DNA of 24,777 nucleotides from a virus (Duplodnaviria; Heunggongvirae; Uroviricota; Caudoviricetes): IMG/VR virus record IMGVR_UViG_2778261216_000008, positions 1 to 24,777 of that record; one strand, 5' to 3'. Shown piece by piece: positions 15,512 to 24,538 of this stretch (position 1 is its first letter; each line of letters starts with the position of its first letter). The notes under the pieces were generated by a model. It saw only the letters and a program-made list of their open reading frames with translations, ran no database searches and was not told where the DNA came from. The position numbers and the translations under genes were made by a program.

Positions 15512-16798
15512 ATGAGTAACGCATCATACCCGACAGGCGTTGAAAACCATGGAGGATCACTCCGTATATGGTTTCACTATAATGGCAAACGTGTCAGAGA
15601 AAACCTCGGTGTTCCTGACACCGCCAAAAACCGGAAGATCGCTGGTGAGCTTCGCACTTCTGTTTGTTTTGCAATCAGAATGGGGAGTTTCGACTACGCC
15701 GCGCAGTTCCCTAATTCCCCTAACCTGAAACACTTTGGTCTGGGAAAAAGAGAGATAACCGTTAAGGCACTTTCGGAAAAATGGTTGGACCTTAAGAAAA
15801 TTGAGATAGGAAGTAATGCATTCAGTCGGTATCAATCCGTGGTGAGAAACATGCTTCCTCGCATAGGGGAAAAACGTCTTGCTTCGTCGGTAACAAAGGA
15901 AGATTTACTGTTTATCAGGAAAGATTTATTGACCGGGTATCATAATCTTTCTAACGGAAAAACAACGCCGATTAAAGGGAGGTCAGTAGTTACGGTTAAT
16001 TACTACATGACGACAATTGCAGGAATGTTTCAATTTGCGGCTGATAACGGCTATATCGTGTCAAACCCATTTAACGGCCTGACACCATTAAAGAGATCCA
16101 GAACAGAACCAGATCCGCTCACACGTGACGAATTTATTCGTTTTATTGATGCCTGTCACCATCAACAAACAAAAAACCTGTGGTCCTTAGCAGTATACAC
16201 AGGCATTCGTCACGGTGAGCTAATATCTCTCGCCTGGGAGGATATTGATTTAAAAGCTAAAACAATGACTATCCGTCGTAATTATACAAAACTCGGGGAG
16301 TTCACTCTACCAAAAACAGAAGCGGGAACTGATCGTGTTATTCATCTTGTTCAACCAGCTGTTGATGCCCTGAAAAGCCAGGCTGAAATGACAAGACTTG
16401 GCCCTCAGTATCAAATTGACGTCAAGCTTCGGGAGTTCGGTCGCACCGCACGCCATGAATGCACGTTTGTTTTTAATCCGCAACTGGTAAAAAAATGCCA
16501 GCAAGTCGGTCACCACTATAAAGCAGATTCCATCAGAGATTCCTGGGCATCTGCATTAAGGCGAGCAGGACTGCGGCACAGAAAAGCCTATCAGTCCAGG
16601 CATACTTATGCCTGCTGGGCATTATCGGCAGGAGCGAATCCAAGCTTCATAGCAAACCAAATGGGCCATGCAAATGCACAAATGGTATTCAACGTTTACG
16701 GAGCATGGATGAAAGATAACAATATCGGGCAAATAGAACTACTCAATAAGCAGTTGACGGAGAGTGTCCCATACATGCCCCATAGAGCCAGACTCTGA
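15512..16798 (+). CDS. int: tyrosine recombinase (phage integrase)
   Basis: 428 aa after RBS GGGAGG; Arg in YTGIRHGELISLAWEDI, HTYACWALSAGANPSFIANQMGH box, Tyr in NVYGAWM; 3' end abuts the host-gene fragment. Confidence 0.9.
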   Translation: MSNASYPTGVENHGGSLRIWFHYNGKRVRENLGVPDTAKNRKIAGELRTSVCFAIRMGSFDYAAQFPNSPNLKHFGLGKREITVKALSEKWLDLKKIEIGSNAFSRYQSVVRNMLPRIGEKRLASSVTKEDLLFIRKDLLTGYHNLSNGKTTPIKGRSVVTVNYYMTTIAGMFQFAADNGYIVSNPFNGLTPLKRSRTEPDPLTRDEFIRFIDACHHQQTKNLWSLAVYTGIRHGELISLAWEDIDLKAKTMTIRRNYTKLGEFTLPKTEAGTDRVIHLVQPAVDALKSQAEMTRLGPQYQIDVKLREFGRTARHECTFVFNPQLVKKCQQVGHHYKADSIRDSWASALRRAGLRHRKAYQSRHTYACWALSAGANPSFIANQMGHANAQMVFNVYGAWMKDNNIGQIELLNKQLTESVPYMPHRARL

Positions 16799-16838
16799 AA
16801 TAATATCTTTAAATATCAGTTGTTTTAGTGGTAGTTGC

Positions 16839-17237
16839 CGTCACATTAACTGCGTGGAGGGCAACACCACGCTTTACGCCCTGCCGAAACCCGAGGTTGT
16901 CCTGCGCTGGCGTGAACAGACCACAGATGACTTCCGCTTCTGTTTTAAGTTTCCGGCGACCATTTCGCATCAGGCAGCATTACGACATTGCGATGATTTA
17001 GTGACTGAATTTTTGACCCGCATGTCACCGTTGGCTCCGCGCATTGGGCAATACTGGCTGCAACTGCCTGCCACATTCGGCCCACGGGAGCTGCCTGCGC
17101 TTTGGCATTTTCTCGATTCTCTCCCTGGCGAATTTAATTATGGTGTGGAAGTCCGCCATCCACAGTTTTTCGCCAAAGGGGAAGAGGAACAAACGCTTAA
17201 TCGCGGTTTACATCAGCGCGGCGTTAATCGGGTGATT
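16839..17237 (+). pseudogene. yecE: internal fragment of a DUF72-family (yecE-like) host gene, truncated on both sides
   Basis: FRFCFKFPATISH...GQYWLQLP...EFNYGVEVRHPQFF is DUF72-like; the first 25 codons of track ORF 16764..17255 overlap the int 3' end, and the frame ends about 70 bp before the serine recombinase gene; yecE identity from memory. Confidence 0.55.
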
Positions 17238-17307
17238 TTTATTAGACACGTTTAAATACACTACCTAAAGCGATACAATCTAGGTATCAGTTTTGAGGTG
17301 GTAAACA

Positions 17308-18831
17308 ATGAAACGTGTCATTTCATACATTCGTTTCTCATCAGAGAAGCAAGCTAAAGGCGACTCACTCCGCAGACAATCTAAGATGGTCACTGATTGG
17401 CTTAAGGCTCATCCTGAGTACTACCTTGACCAAGATTTATCTTTTCGTGATTTGGGGGTGAGTGGGTTCACTGGTAAGCACTTGAAAGGTGGCTTAGGTG
17501 ACTTCTTAACCGCTATCGAGAAAGGGCTTGTTAAAGCTGGTGATACATTATTAATCGAGAGTTTAGACCGTTTGTCACGTCAAGACATAGATATTGCTTC
17601 GGAGCTATTAAGAAACATCCTGCGTTCTGGTGTAGATGTGGTCACCCTGTCCGATGGTGAACATTACACAAGGGAATCTCTTAGAGACCCGCTAGCTCTG
17701 ATTAAAAGCATTTTGATAATGCAGCGGTCGCATGAAGAGAGTCTGCGTAAATCTGAACGTATACAAGCTGCATGGGATGCAAAGAAAGAAGCTGCTAAAG
17801 CTGGTATCAAAGTTTCTAAACGTTGTCCTGCATGGTTAAGGCTGAATGATGACCGTAAAAGCTTCTCTGTGATACCTGATAAAGTGGAGACTGTGAAGAG
17901 GTGCTTTCAGCTACGGTTAGAGGGTAAGTCTATCTGGGAGATTGTCAGAACTCTTAATGCTGAAGTTCATCGGTCGATGAACCAATACAAGCCGGGTAAG
18001 TTTGGTCAAACATCTGTTCAAGACCTTTTGAAGAATCGCTCTGTAATTGGATACTTTACCCCGAAAGGCTGTGAAGAGATTGCAGGTTATTACCCGTCTG
18101 TAATTGATGAGACAACATTCTACAAAGTCCAGCAACTATCACATTCTCGTTACGGTCGAAAACCTGTTTCAGCTAAACCATTGAGTGTGAATCTCTTTAA
18201 AGGTGTTATCCGTTGTTCTGAATGTGGTCATGCTCTGATTATCACAGGCTTTAGCGATACAAGAAACGGGATTTATCGTTGTCCTCTTCGTAATGAAAAC
18301 CGTTGTAGTGCTAAAGGGCTGTCACGTAAGCAAACCGATGGTACATTGCTTACCCTGCTATCTCGTCTTGACCGATTTGATAGCGATATGACGAATACCA
18401 TAGACACACTGAAGCTACACCGTGAACACATCTCAAGCAATATTGAGAAGCTGGTACAGCTATCACTTGAAATTGAAGACCTGAACGCTATTACCAACAA
18501 GCTAAAACAACTAAAGAATGAGTTATCACAGGTTGATGCTGATATCGAGAAGGAGACACAGCGGCTTAAGTCTATCGATACAGGCTCTTTGTCCGATTGT
18601 GACTTGAGTACAAAGGCGGGAAGGATTGAAGCACAACTGATAATCAAAAGTGCTGTTAAAGAGGTCGTTTTAAATACTGCTAAACGTCGCTGTAAAGTGA
18701 CTTTTCACAATGGTAAGGTAATTGACTTACCTATAACAGAAGACCCCTCAGAGAATGTTACAGAGGCTATACAGTCGCTTTCTGAAGTCACTGAGAGGGG
18801 TTTAATAGATGTTGATGAGGTTATCATATAG
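17308..18831 (+). CDS. large serine recombinase (phage-type serine integrase)
   Basis: 507 aa after RBS GAGGTGG; resolvase-type catalytic domain with Ser in YIRFSSEKQ, recombinase domain, Cys cluster CSECGH...CP...C, C-terminal coiled coil. Confidence 0.9.
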   Translation: MKRVISYIRFSSEKQAKGDSLRRQSKMVTDWLKAHPEYYLDQDLSFRDLGVSGFTGKHLKGGLGDFLTAIEKGLVKAGDTLLIESLDRLSRQDIDIASELLRNILRSGVDVVTLSDGEHYTRESLRDPLALIKSILIMQRSHEESLRKSERIQAAWDAKKEAAKAGIKVSKRCPAWLRLNDDRKSFSVIPDKVETVKRCFQLRLEGKSIWEIVRTLNAEVHRSMNQYKPGKFGQTSVQDLLKNRSVIGYFTPKGCEEIAGYYPSVIDETTFYKVQQLSHSRYGRKPVSAKPLSVNLFKGVIRCSECGHALIITGFSDTRNGIYRCPLRNENRCSAKGLSRKQTDGTLLTLLSRLDRFDSDMTNTIDTLKLHREHISSNIEKLVQLSLEIEDLNAITNKLKQLKNELSQVDADIEKETQRLKSIDTGSLSDCDLSTKAGRIEAQLIIKSAVKEVVLNTAKRRCKVTFHNGKVIDLPITEDPSENVTEAIQSLSEVTERGLIDVDEVII

Positions 18832-18845
18832 TTGAGCTTCTATCG

Positions 18846-19613
18846 TCAGTAGCGCTTGTTAGGATTAACAGAAAACTTCCGTAGAGCATTACCCGACTTG
18901 AGTACCTTTGCAGCACCTGAATTAGCTGAGTCTGTGAAGGTGCTTACACCATCTTTCACCGTGACATTTTTAGAGCAATTACTACGGGCTTTTAATGCTT
19001 CATCAGATAGCTCAGATGCTGAGTAACTGTACAGTTCCTGACACATCAGCATAGGTGCGTTATTGCGTTCAGTAGTCACGTTACCCGCATTCTTCTTAGA
19101 GGTTGTGCCTCCATCATTTGTGGTAGCGGTTTTTCCTGTCGCAGCCGAAATATCAGTCTGACCCACAATGGCTTTGAAGTTAATTTCCTGAAAAGTTAAC
19201 TGGATTCTTAGACCATTTGAAATACCAACATCTTTAGAGGCTTTAAAACTCGTAATAATGGAATCGTCAATTTTGATACCGTCTCGACAGATGACAGAAA
19301 TAATTTGTTTCTGGTCACGCCAGCTTTCTAGAGTGTCGATGAAGTTTTCCACCAGCTTAGTATCTCTTGAGATAAGGATACTACCGGATTCACCAACCAC
19401 AACGACACCACTAATAGTGATTGTTCTGGGTGCTCTTTGAACATTATCTGTGACGGTTTGCCCTGATTGCATATTTTGAGTGGTAACCATCATAGGGCTA
19501 TCAAATTCCATGTTTTCAGTTGCTGATAGTGACAAGAAATTATCTGGTTGGCCTTGTAGATGAAAGTAAACGCCATCTTTGCCAGTGTAACGAAGCTGAT
19601 TAGTGTAAATCAT
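18846..19613 (-). CDS. hypothetical protein (255 aa), possibly tail-associated
   Basis: ATG 19613 after RBS AAGGAG; Thr/Ser/Gly-rich; lies directly downstream of the tape-measure-like gene; function inferred from position only. Confidence 0.5.
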   Translation of the reverse strand: MIYTNQLRYTGKDGVYFHLQGQPDNFLSLSATENMEFDSPMMVTTQNMQSGQTVTDNVQRAPRTITISGVVVVGESGSILISRDTKLVENFIDTLESWRDQKQIISVICRDGIKIDDSIITSFKASKDVGISNGLRIQLTFQEINFKAIVGQTDISAATGKTATTNDGGTTSKKNAGNVTTERNNAPMLMCQELYSYSASELSDEALKARSNCSKNVTVKDGVSTFTDSANSGAAKVLKSGNALRKFSVNPNKRY

Positions 19614-19689
19614 TAAATTCTCCTTTGATTTCAAAGACTTAGTATATTTTAATCATTTTTAGCTAAGCCTTTGATATATAAGTATTTTC

Positions 19690-19770
19690 TCTGTTAAGCG
19701 TGAGCTACGTAAAAACTAATTTTTAGTGGGTATATCTGTTCAGGAGATTTCACGTAGCATTCGGCTATTA
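19690..19770 (-). repeat. conserved ~80-bp upstream module, copy A (before the 255-aa gene)
   Basis: Roughly three-quarters identical by eye to 21905-21985; contains GCTACGTGAAATCT, TACCCAC, an A-rich block and TTTACGTAGC. Confidence 0.5.
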
Positions 19771-21894
19771 TTATTCTTCCTCTGGATAGCTTGAACTTAA
19801 GAGCATATCCTGCGTGAACTGGTCATTAACTGATTGATTGAAATTAAAGAAAGCTGGTTCATCCGGTCTAACAGTTGCTTCACCTTTGATATTAACTGAC
19901 AAGGGCTTCTTAGCTTCTACTGTTAAAGCGTCTACCTTGCGTGATAGCTCACTAATAGTCATTGCAAGTTGAGCATTACTATTAACCATGTCACCTGTAA
20001 TAGCTGGTGGAGTTGATTGTGTGTTATTTACGAAGTTATTCATCGGTTCTTGGAAGTTAGCAATTTTATTAGCTGCACCATTAAACCAGTCAGCGATAGA
20101 ACCACCAATCTTAGCCCATCCATCATTAACTTGATTTGGCTTAGATGAATCACCTTTGTATTCAGGGTTGAAGTTTGTTTCTGTGCCAATACCTGATTGA
20201 TGTAAATTCGGATTCTTAGCTGCTTCAGGGTTTAAATTATCAAGAGCAAAGTTTACCAACTCAGCATAAAGGACAACTCTACCGACTTTACTTAGCGCAC
20301 CACCTGAAGAACCAACTTTACCAGCTTTAGCTTTATTAACAGCGTCACCGAATGAAGTAACAGCATTTGCAAGGTTTAACAAGCCTCCAGCTACATTTGC
20401 AGCCTTTTGAGCAGTAACAGCTACGGCAAGCATCTTCAAGCCATCAATTAACCCATCAGATAAACCATCAACAATTTTCCTCTGAGTGTCATTTAGTGAA
20501 CGATAAGCCAATGTCACCTCGTCAAAGAACGCCCTTACCCTGTAACTAATATCAGTCAGGTTATCGACACCGTGTGACATATCGCTCATCAAGCTACCAA
20601 AACTTTCACCTAATGTTTTACCAGTTCCACCAAGAGCGTTTAGAAGATTGGTCAAGCTTCTTGTGAAGTCCTGTAAACCATCTTCAGAACCTTTGAAAAT
20701 ATCCGTTAGTGAGTTGTTCCAAGTATTCTTCAAGTTTCCTAACATCGTCTGCGTAGAATCCTGAATTGCTTTCCAGCCACCTCTTGAATTAATCTGTGAA
20801 CCAAGTTCTTTAGCAAACTTAGGGAGTGCATCAGAGGCTTTAACATCACCATTTTTCATCTTATCGAAAAGCTGTTTTTCAGTCAGACCTAAAGCCTTTG
20901 CAAATGCCTGAGTAGCACCCGGTAAAGCTTCAGATAGTTGCCCCTTCAGCTCCTCAGACATCACCTGACCCTTAGAGGACATCTGTGACACTGCGGTTAA
21001 TGCTCTTTGAATCTGCTCATCTGAACGACCCATTAGACGGGCGTAACCTGTAAGGTTTTTAAATAGCTCTTCTGACCCTTCAAGACCCATCGTGTTCTTT
21101 GCAGATGCACCAAATGAAGCAAATTGCGCTTGTGTTTCGGTTGTGTCCATACCAGTAATTTGAGTTAAATCTTGAATGAACTTTTTAACCTGTGTACTTT
21201 GGTCACCGAATACGAAATCAATACTTCTTTCCGATGATGCACGCTGTAAACCAACTTCCATTACTCGCTGATAAGCGGATAGTACAGCCTGAAAGCTGAT
21301 AAATGCACCTGCTGTTTTGACTGCTGCCGACGACAGGTTATCAAGGCTGCTAGCTGCTCTATCACCATTAATGCTGGTGGATGTATGACCTCTGGCTTTA
21401 GCAATTGCTTCTCGTACACTTGAATTTAGTTTAGCAAGGGCTTCATTAAACTTAGAATTATCCATTGACCCAGCTTTAGCAGATAGCCCGTAAAACTGAG
21501 ATTTGATGTATTTCTGCAAAATAGGGTCGAAGCCTTTTAGCTTAGACATATTAGCTGAATAAGCCGCTGTGATTGCTCTGTTGCCGATAATTCGTGGCTG
21601 TCTTGGTTGTCTAAGTGGCTTTAAAGTATCCTCAATCTCAGTTTTAATCTTAAACGCTTTAGTGTTTTTAAGACGCTGCTCAATCTTGGAAACAGTTTTA
21701 TCAACATTCCTTTCCATGACCTTGAGAGAGTCATTTAAAGGTGTAGGATTAATTTTAAAAGCTTTATTCAATCGCTTCTCAATTCGTGATGCTACCTGCA
21801 TCGTTTGTTTCTCGGCTTTTTCCAAGCCTTTTAAAACTCGCTGAGAGCTAAAATTTAGCTCAATCAAAAAATCATCAACTTTAAACTGTGCCAT
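19771..21894 (-). CDS. tail tape-measure-like protein (707 aa)
   Basis: Long helical protein; segment GQVMSEELKGQLSEALPGATQAFAKALGLTEKQLFDKMKNGDVKASDALPKFAKELG resembles the tape-measure core domain; RBS AAGAGGTGG. Confidence 0.65.
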   Translation of the reverse strand: MAQFKVDDFLIELNFSSQRVLKGLEKAEKQTMQVASRIEKRLNKAFKINPTPLNDSLKVMERNVDKTVSKIEQRLKNTKAFKIKTEIEDTLKPLRQPRQPRIIGNRAITAAYSANMSKLKGFDPILQKYIKSQFYGLSAKAGSMDNSKFNEALAKLNSSVREAIAKARGHTSTSINGDRAASSLDNLSSAAVKTAGAFISFQAVLSAYQRVMEVGLQRASSERSIDFVFGDQSTQVKKFIQDLTQITGMDTTETQAQFASFGASAKNTMGLEGSEELFKNLTGYARLMGRSDEQIQRALTAVSQMSSKGQVMSEELKGQLSEALPGATQAFAKALGLTEKQLFDKMKNGDVKASDALPKFAKELGSQINSRGGWKAIQDSTQTMLGNLKNTWNNSLTDIFKGSEDGLQDFTRSLTNLLNALGGTGKTLGESFGSLMSDMSHGVDNLTDISYRVRAFFDEVTLAYRSLNDTQRKIVDGLSDGLIDGLKMLAVAVTAQKAANVAGGLLNLANAVTSFGDAVNKAKAGKVGSSGGALSKVGRVVLYAELVNFALDNLNPEAAKNPNLHQSGIGTETNFNPEYKGDSSKPNQVNDGWAKIGGSIADWFNGAANKIANFQEPMNNFVNNTQSTPPAITGDMVNSNAQLAMTISELSRKVDALTVEAKKPLSVNIKGEATVRPDEPAFFNFNQSVNDQFTQDMLLSSSYPEEE

Positions 21895-21904
21895 TGTTTA
21901 TATT

Positions 21905-21985
21905 CCACCTCTTTAAGCGTGTTGTACGTAAATTCTATTTTTCAGTGTGGGTATTAGCTTTACAGATTTCACGTAGCACATAGGA
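21905..21985 (-). repeat. conserved ~80-bp upstream module, copy B (before the tape-measure-like gene)
   Basis: Homologous to 19690-19770; followed on the gene side by the RBS and ATG at 21894. Confidence 0.5.
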
Positions 21986-22010
21986 TTCGATAGAAGACTA
22001 TCTCATATAC

Positions 22011-22051
22011 AAAAAAGGGAGAGCTACCGATGTCACTCGATAATCTCTCCC
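22011..22051 (-). terminator. candidate rho-independent terminator after the 69-aa gene
   Basis: Minus strand GGGAGAG-21 nt loop-CTCTCCC followed by T6 (plus A-run 22011-22016); 27 nt past the stop at 22078. Confidence 0.45.
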
Positions 22052-22077
22052 GTAGATTTTTACCCAACCAATCTTTT

Positions 22078-22287
22078 TTAATGCCTGACAAGATAATGTA
22101 GTTCCGTTTCACCTATAATTTGAGCATCAGAAGGGATACGGTCGATACACCACTTTGGAATCTTGCGTGTTTTTGGTTTGCGTGAGGTGATAATTTGATG
22201 TTTGGTTTTAATTCTTAAGGCTGGCTTAGTTTGTAACTTTAAGTTTTCACAAACAGACCGAATAGTCTCTAAACGTTCTTCAAACAT
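22078..22287 (-). CDS. hypothetical small basic protein (69 aa)
   Basis: ORF only; followed by a terminator-like hairpin. Confidence 0.4.
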   Translation of the reverse strand: MFEERLETIRSVCENLKLQTKPALRIKTKHQIITSRKPKTRKIPKWCIDRIPSDAQIIGETELHYLVRH

Positions 22288-22311
22288 TAATCACCACCTT
22301 TTAATTATTAA

Positions 22312-23022
22312 TCAAAGTGCCTTTGCATATTTCTGAGAAATCTTCGTAAGCTGCTCAATATCAGCCTGCATAGCAATCTTTTTCTGCGTTTCATAGTCAC
22401 TAATAAGCGCTTTCATAGTCTGAAGCTCTCTTGATAGATACAACTTAGCACTATCAAGTTGCTTGTTACGTGATGCCAAGATGTTCTGTCTGGCAATTTC
22501 ACAGAGTTCTTCATCGCTTTTATCGGTCATGAAAATAAACTGACCAGCACCTCTTGAAGCTTTAACCATCTTCACAATTCGATATCCATCAGGAAGATTA
22601 TTAATCACGTCTGGGATATTCTCAGGAAAAGTACCAAAACCATCATTGTCTTCGTATGTGAAGTAAACAAATGGTTTCTGGGACAATTCATCCTGAATCT
22701 CAAATTCTGATGGTTCAATAGCTGATTGCATCAAGGTAACTTTGCTGTAAGCGTCATCAAGTCTAAGACGCTGTGATTTTAAAGCTGGGTAATATTCACG
22801 CTCAAGCTCAAGTAATGCTTCAGTTTTGCATACATCAGGCATTTCTTGAGGCTCAGGAGACACAAAGGTAATTTCCTTTGGTGACATCTTTAACTCTTGC
22901 TCAAGCTTAATTCTTTCATCGTGTTCTTTGCGCTGGATAATATGTAGCGGATGCTCAGTCTGTGGGGACCAGTCACCGAAGCTATCAATCACTTTGTTAT
23001 TAATGTAAATATCGTTTGCCAT
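22312..23022 (-). CDS. hypothetical acidic protein (236 aa)
   Basis: ATG 23022 after RBS AGAGGAAA; no domain recognised. Confidence 0.55.
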   Translation of the reverse strand: MANDIYINNKVIDSFGDWSPQTEHPLHIIQRKEHDERIKLEQELKMSPKEITFVSPEPQEMPDVCKTEALLELEREYYPALKSQRLRLDDAYSKVTLMQSAIEPSEFEIQDELSQKPFVYFTYEDNDGFGTFPENIPDVINNLPDGYRIVKMVKASRGAGQFIFMTDKSDEELCEIARQNILASRNKQLDSAKLYLSRELQTMKALISDYETQKKIAMQADIEQLTKISQKYAKAL

Positions 23023-23576
23023 TGTTTCATTTCCTCTAAGTGTGTGGTTATTTCTTAATAGAGCACCTTCAACGCCAATACACTTAGAAGATGACTTAAC
23101 GATTTATTAAAGATGCTCTATTAAGAAAAGCCCTAAACGTTTCTGTGAAGGGCTTTGAAGGCTTGCTTTATAACGTTAACGAAGTTTCAGGAAAAACTTT
23201 CTTTAAAAGCTCTGTTTAAAAACTCTTAAAGAAAGCCCTAATCATGAGTTAGGGCAAAGCTGTAAGGGTTCAATAATGAATGATTAAGCACTTTTTGAGA
23301 TGACCTCTCAGACTAAACTGAAAGGTCATGACGAAAAGCATTGCACCTTTCCAACTCAGAATATAGTTATCATCGATGTAGAGACGATTAATATTTTAAT
23401 TCAAGGAGAATTGCTCTCCCTATAGACTTCGGATAGAAGACTATCCTCATATATACAATTATGTCATGCTCAAGGTTATTTGTCAACAGCTTTTTAACAG
23501 ATTGGTAACATTTATACTTTAATAGATGCACCTGCAATCATACCAATCAATACAAAACAGATAATCACCAATTCCA

Positions 23577-23900
23577 TTAATGCACCACCTTCGAATCCGT
23601 CACCAAAATATTGTCAGCGTACAAAATTGCTATAGCTGCCTTGAGATATCTTTCAGGGCTAATGCTGTATTTGTTCGTTTGCTCGATAACCAATCTTTTC
23701 ATGTTGCTGTCTTTAATTGGTAGCATCATTCGAGGCTCGTTAAACTCCACCGACTGAATAAAATCTTCAATTGTTTCTGAGTTATCAGCCATTAGCCTTA
23801 ACAGCCTGTCAAAGTCAATTGATACACCGGAATCAGTGAAGCTTTGCACCATCATAGCGGTGTCGTTATCAACGAAAATTTGCATTGGGTGATTGTTCAT
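23577..23900 (-). CDS. hypothetical protein (107 aa)
   Basis: ATG after RBS AAGGAG; no domain recognised. Confidence 0.5.
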   Translation of the reverse strand: MNNHPMQIFVDNDTAMMVQSFTDSGVSIDFDRLLRLMADNSETIEDFIQSVEFNEPRMMLPIKDSNMKRLVIEQTNKYSISPERYLKAAIAILYADNILVTDSKVVH

Positions 23901-24250
23901 TTCTTAAAATCTCCTTTTTACCAGACCTCCTCAATCGCTCTGTAACGAGCTAAACAGTCTTTTTCAGGGGTAGCCTGTAGGGGTGTACCACATACCCTAA
24001 AATAAGATAGTTTTTTGCGTTAGAATGCGATTGAGAGCGTCTGAGAGTGGGTAAAACCGTTTTTTGCCTTTAGTCTGAGACTATTAACCCCATCTCACTA
24101 TGAAATTGGCTAAACCAGCTTTTTGTTACTGAGGTTTTTAACGTGAAAGATGGGGATTGCATAATCAGATAGATGTCATCATTATCAATGTCACCCCATC
24201 CATTATGTACATCAATTAGATTTCAAAAATATTTGAAGGCTTTGTCTGTT

Positions 24251-24538
24251 TTAAGTTTGAGGGTGAATACTTTCTTCATTCTTCCCCCAATTCTTAATGA
24301 GTTCATAAGCCCGCTTAAATTGAGTCGGGTCACTATAATCAAGCTCGATACCCAGTGACTTTAATTCATAGCGTAACTGCTCAATTTGATGTGGCTTTAG
24401 TCTTTTCTTGTTACGGTCAAGCGTAACATCTTCATATTCTTTTGAGCGGGTATCTTGTCTGATTAGATGTGATGCCAGTTTATAAAATTTGTACCTAGGT
24501 AGCATTAAATCTCCAGTAGTAAATTGTTTGGGTGGCAA
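24251..24538 (-). CDS. hypothetical protein (95 aa or shorter); overlaps the next ORF out of frame
   Basis: ORF only; 34-nt overlap with 24505..24777 in another frame, so start uncertain. Confidence 0.35.
   Translation of the reverse strand: MPPKQFTTGDLMLPRYKFYKLASHLIRQDTRSKEYEDVTLDRNKKRLKPHQIEQLRYELKSLGIELDYSDPTQFKRAYELIKNWGKNEESIHPQT

Larger units (their letters stand above)
1..16838. mobile_element. lambdoid-type prophage segment (Q antiterminator through tyrosine integrase); left end lies outside the window
   Basis: Gene order Q / replication genes / antirepressors / cro-cI / early-left genes / xis-int; int 3' end abuts a host DUF72 gene fragment. Confidence 0.8.

Noticed and set aside
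16764-17255. ORF 16764..17255 as an intact gene
   Set aside because: Its first 25 codons overlap the int 3' end and the rest is an internal piece of a DUF72 gene truncated before the serine recombinase; annotated as a gene fragment/fusion.
17917-18647. Minus-strand ORFs 17917..18135 and 18273..18647
   Set aside because: Both lie antisense within the serine recombinase gene; shadow ORFs.
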